Origin: Verrucomicrobiaceae bacterium
GTDB lineage: Bacteria; Verrucomicrobiota; Verrucomicrobiia; Verrucomicrobiales; Akkermansiaceae
Direction of reading: 5' to 3'
Assembly: GCA_051252135.1 (NCBI GenBank)
Contig: JBPOGH010000001.1
Location: 352,001 to 416,000 of the forward strand
DNA length: 64,000 nucleotides
The notes beneath the pieces are model-generated. The model had not been told where the DNA came from. It made no database searches and worked only from the letters and a program-made list of their open reading frames with translations. Positions within the stretch are counted from its first letter, which is position 1. Each line of letters opens with the position of its first letter. This document shows positions 63,797 through 64,000 of this stretch, piece after piece. A program made the position numbers and the translations under genes.

Positions 63797-63999
63797 TGTT
63801 GCTCCTCCTGATTCGTTGCTGCTGAATCCGCCGCCGCGGCCAGCTCATCACGCAACTTCGCCGCAGTTTCATAATCTTCGGCTTTCACTGCGATCGCCAG
63901 TTGCTTGTTGAGATTCTCCACCAAGCTTCTTTTTTGCTCCATCTCGGCCAATCCTTTCGGAACCCGACCGGTATGACTTAACCCTTTGTGAAGAGACGG
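63793..63999 (-). CDS. mcsA: McsA (UvrB/C-motif activator), 5'-truncated by window edge
   Basis: ...LHKGLSHTGRVP...AVKAEDYETAAKLRDEL...*; ATGA overlap with mcsB. Confidence 0.85.
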   Translation of the reverse strand, partial: PSLHKGLSHTGRVPKGLAEMEQKRSLVENLNKQLAIAVKAEDYETAAKLRDELAAAADSAATNQEEQQ

Positions 64000-64000
64000 C

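Overview
Core-chromosome segment of a Verrucomicrobiota bacterium, probably Verrucomicrobiales. The assignment rests on the PVC signature small basic protein, a TIGR03790-type gene and a DUF1549/DUF1553-DUF1501 pair. Most genes are housekeeping: a class A PBP, argC-argJ, type II glutamine synthetase, recN, ispH, proC, parA-mreBCD-PBP2-RNase E/G, guaBA, topB, acs, mpl and mcsA-mcsB-clpC, plus tRNA-Pro(GGG) and tRNA-Thr(TGT). I found no mobile element, prophage or CRISPR array. Two loci stand out. (1) A GbsR-family regulon at 49.4-53.7 kb has a repeated TTTCAG-N6-CTGAAA operator. It encodes a DCC thiol oxidoreductase, a membrane protein, an unannotated 28-aa cationic peptide, two paralogous 4-TM proteins, an MBOAT acyltransferase and a TIGR01777 epimerase-like protein. 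(2) A nitrogen locus at 11.3-13.7 kb has a minimal kinase fused to a PP2C phosphatase. It precedes a consensus sigma54 promoter, an overlapping palindrome and a structured 5' leader on glnII. The window also holds the function-unknown RDD-SpoIIM-DUF4129-DUF4350-MoxR-DUF58 operon and several apparently leaderless promoters. Family names come from motif recognition, not database searches.
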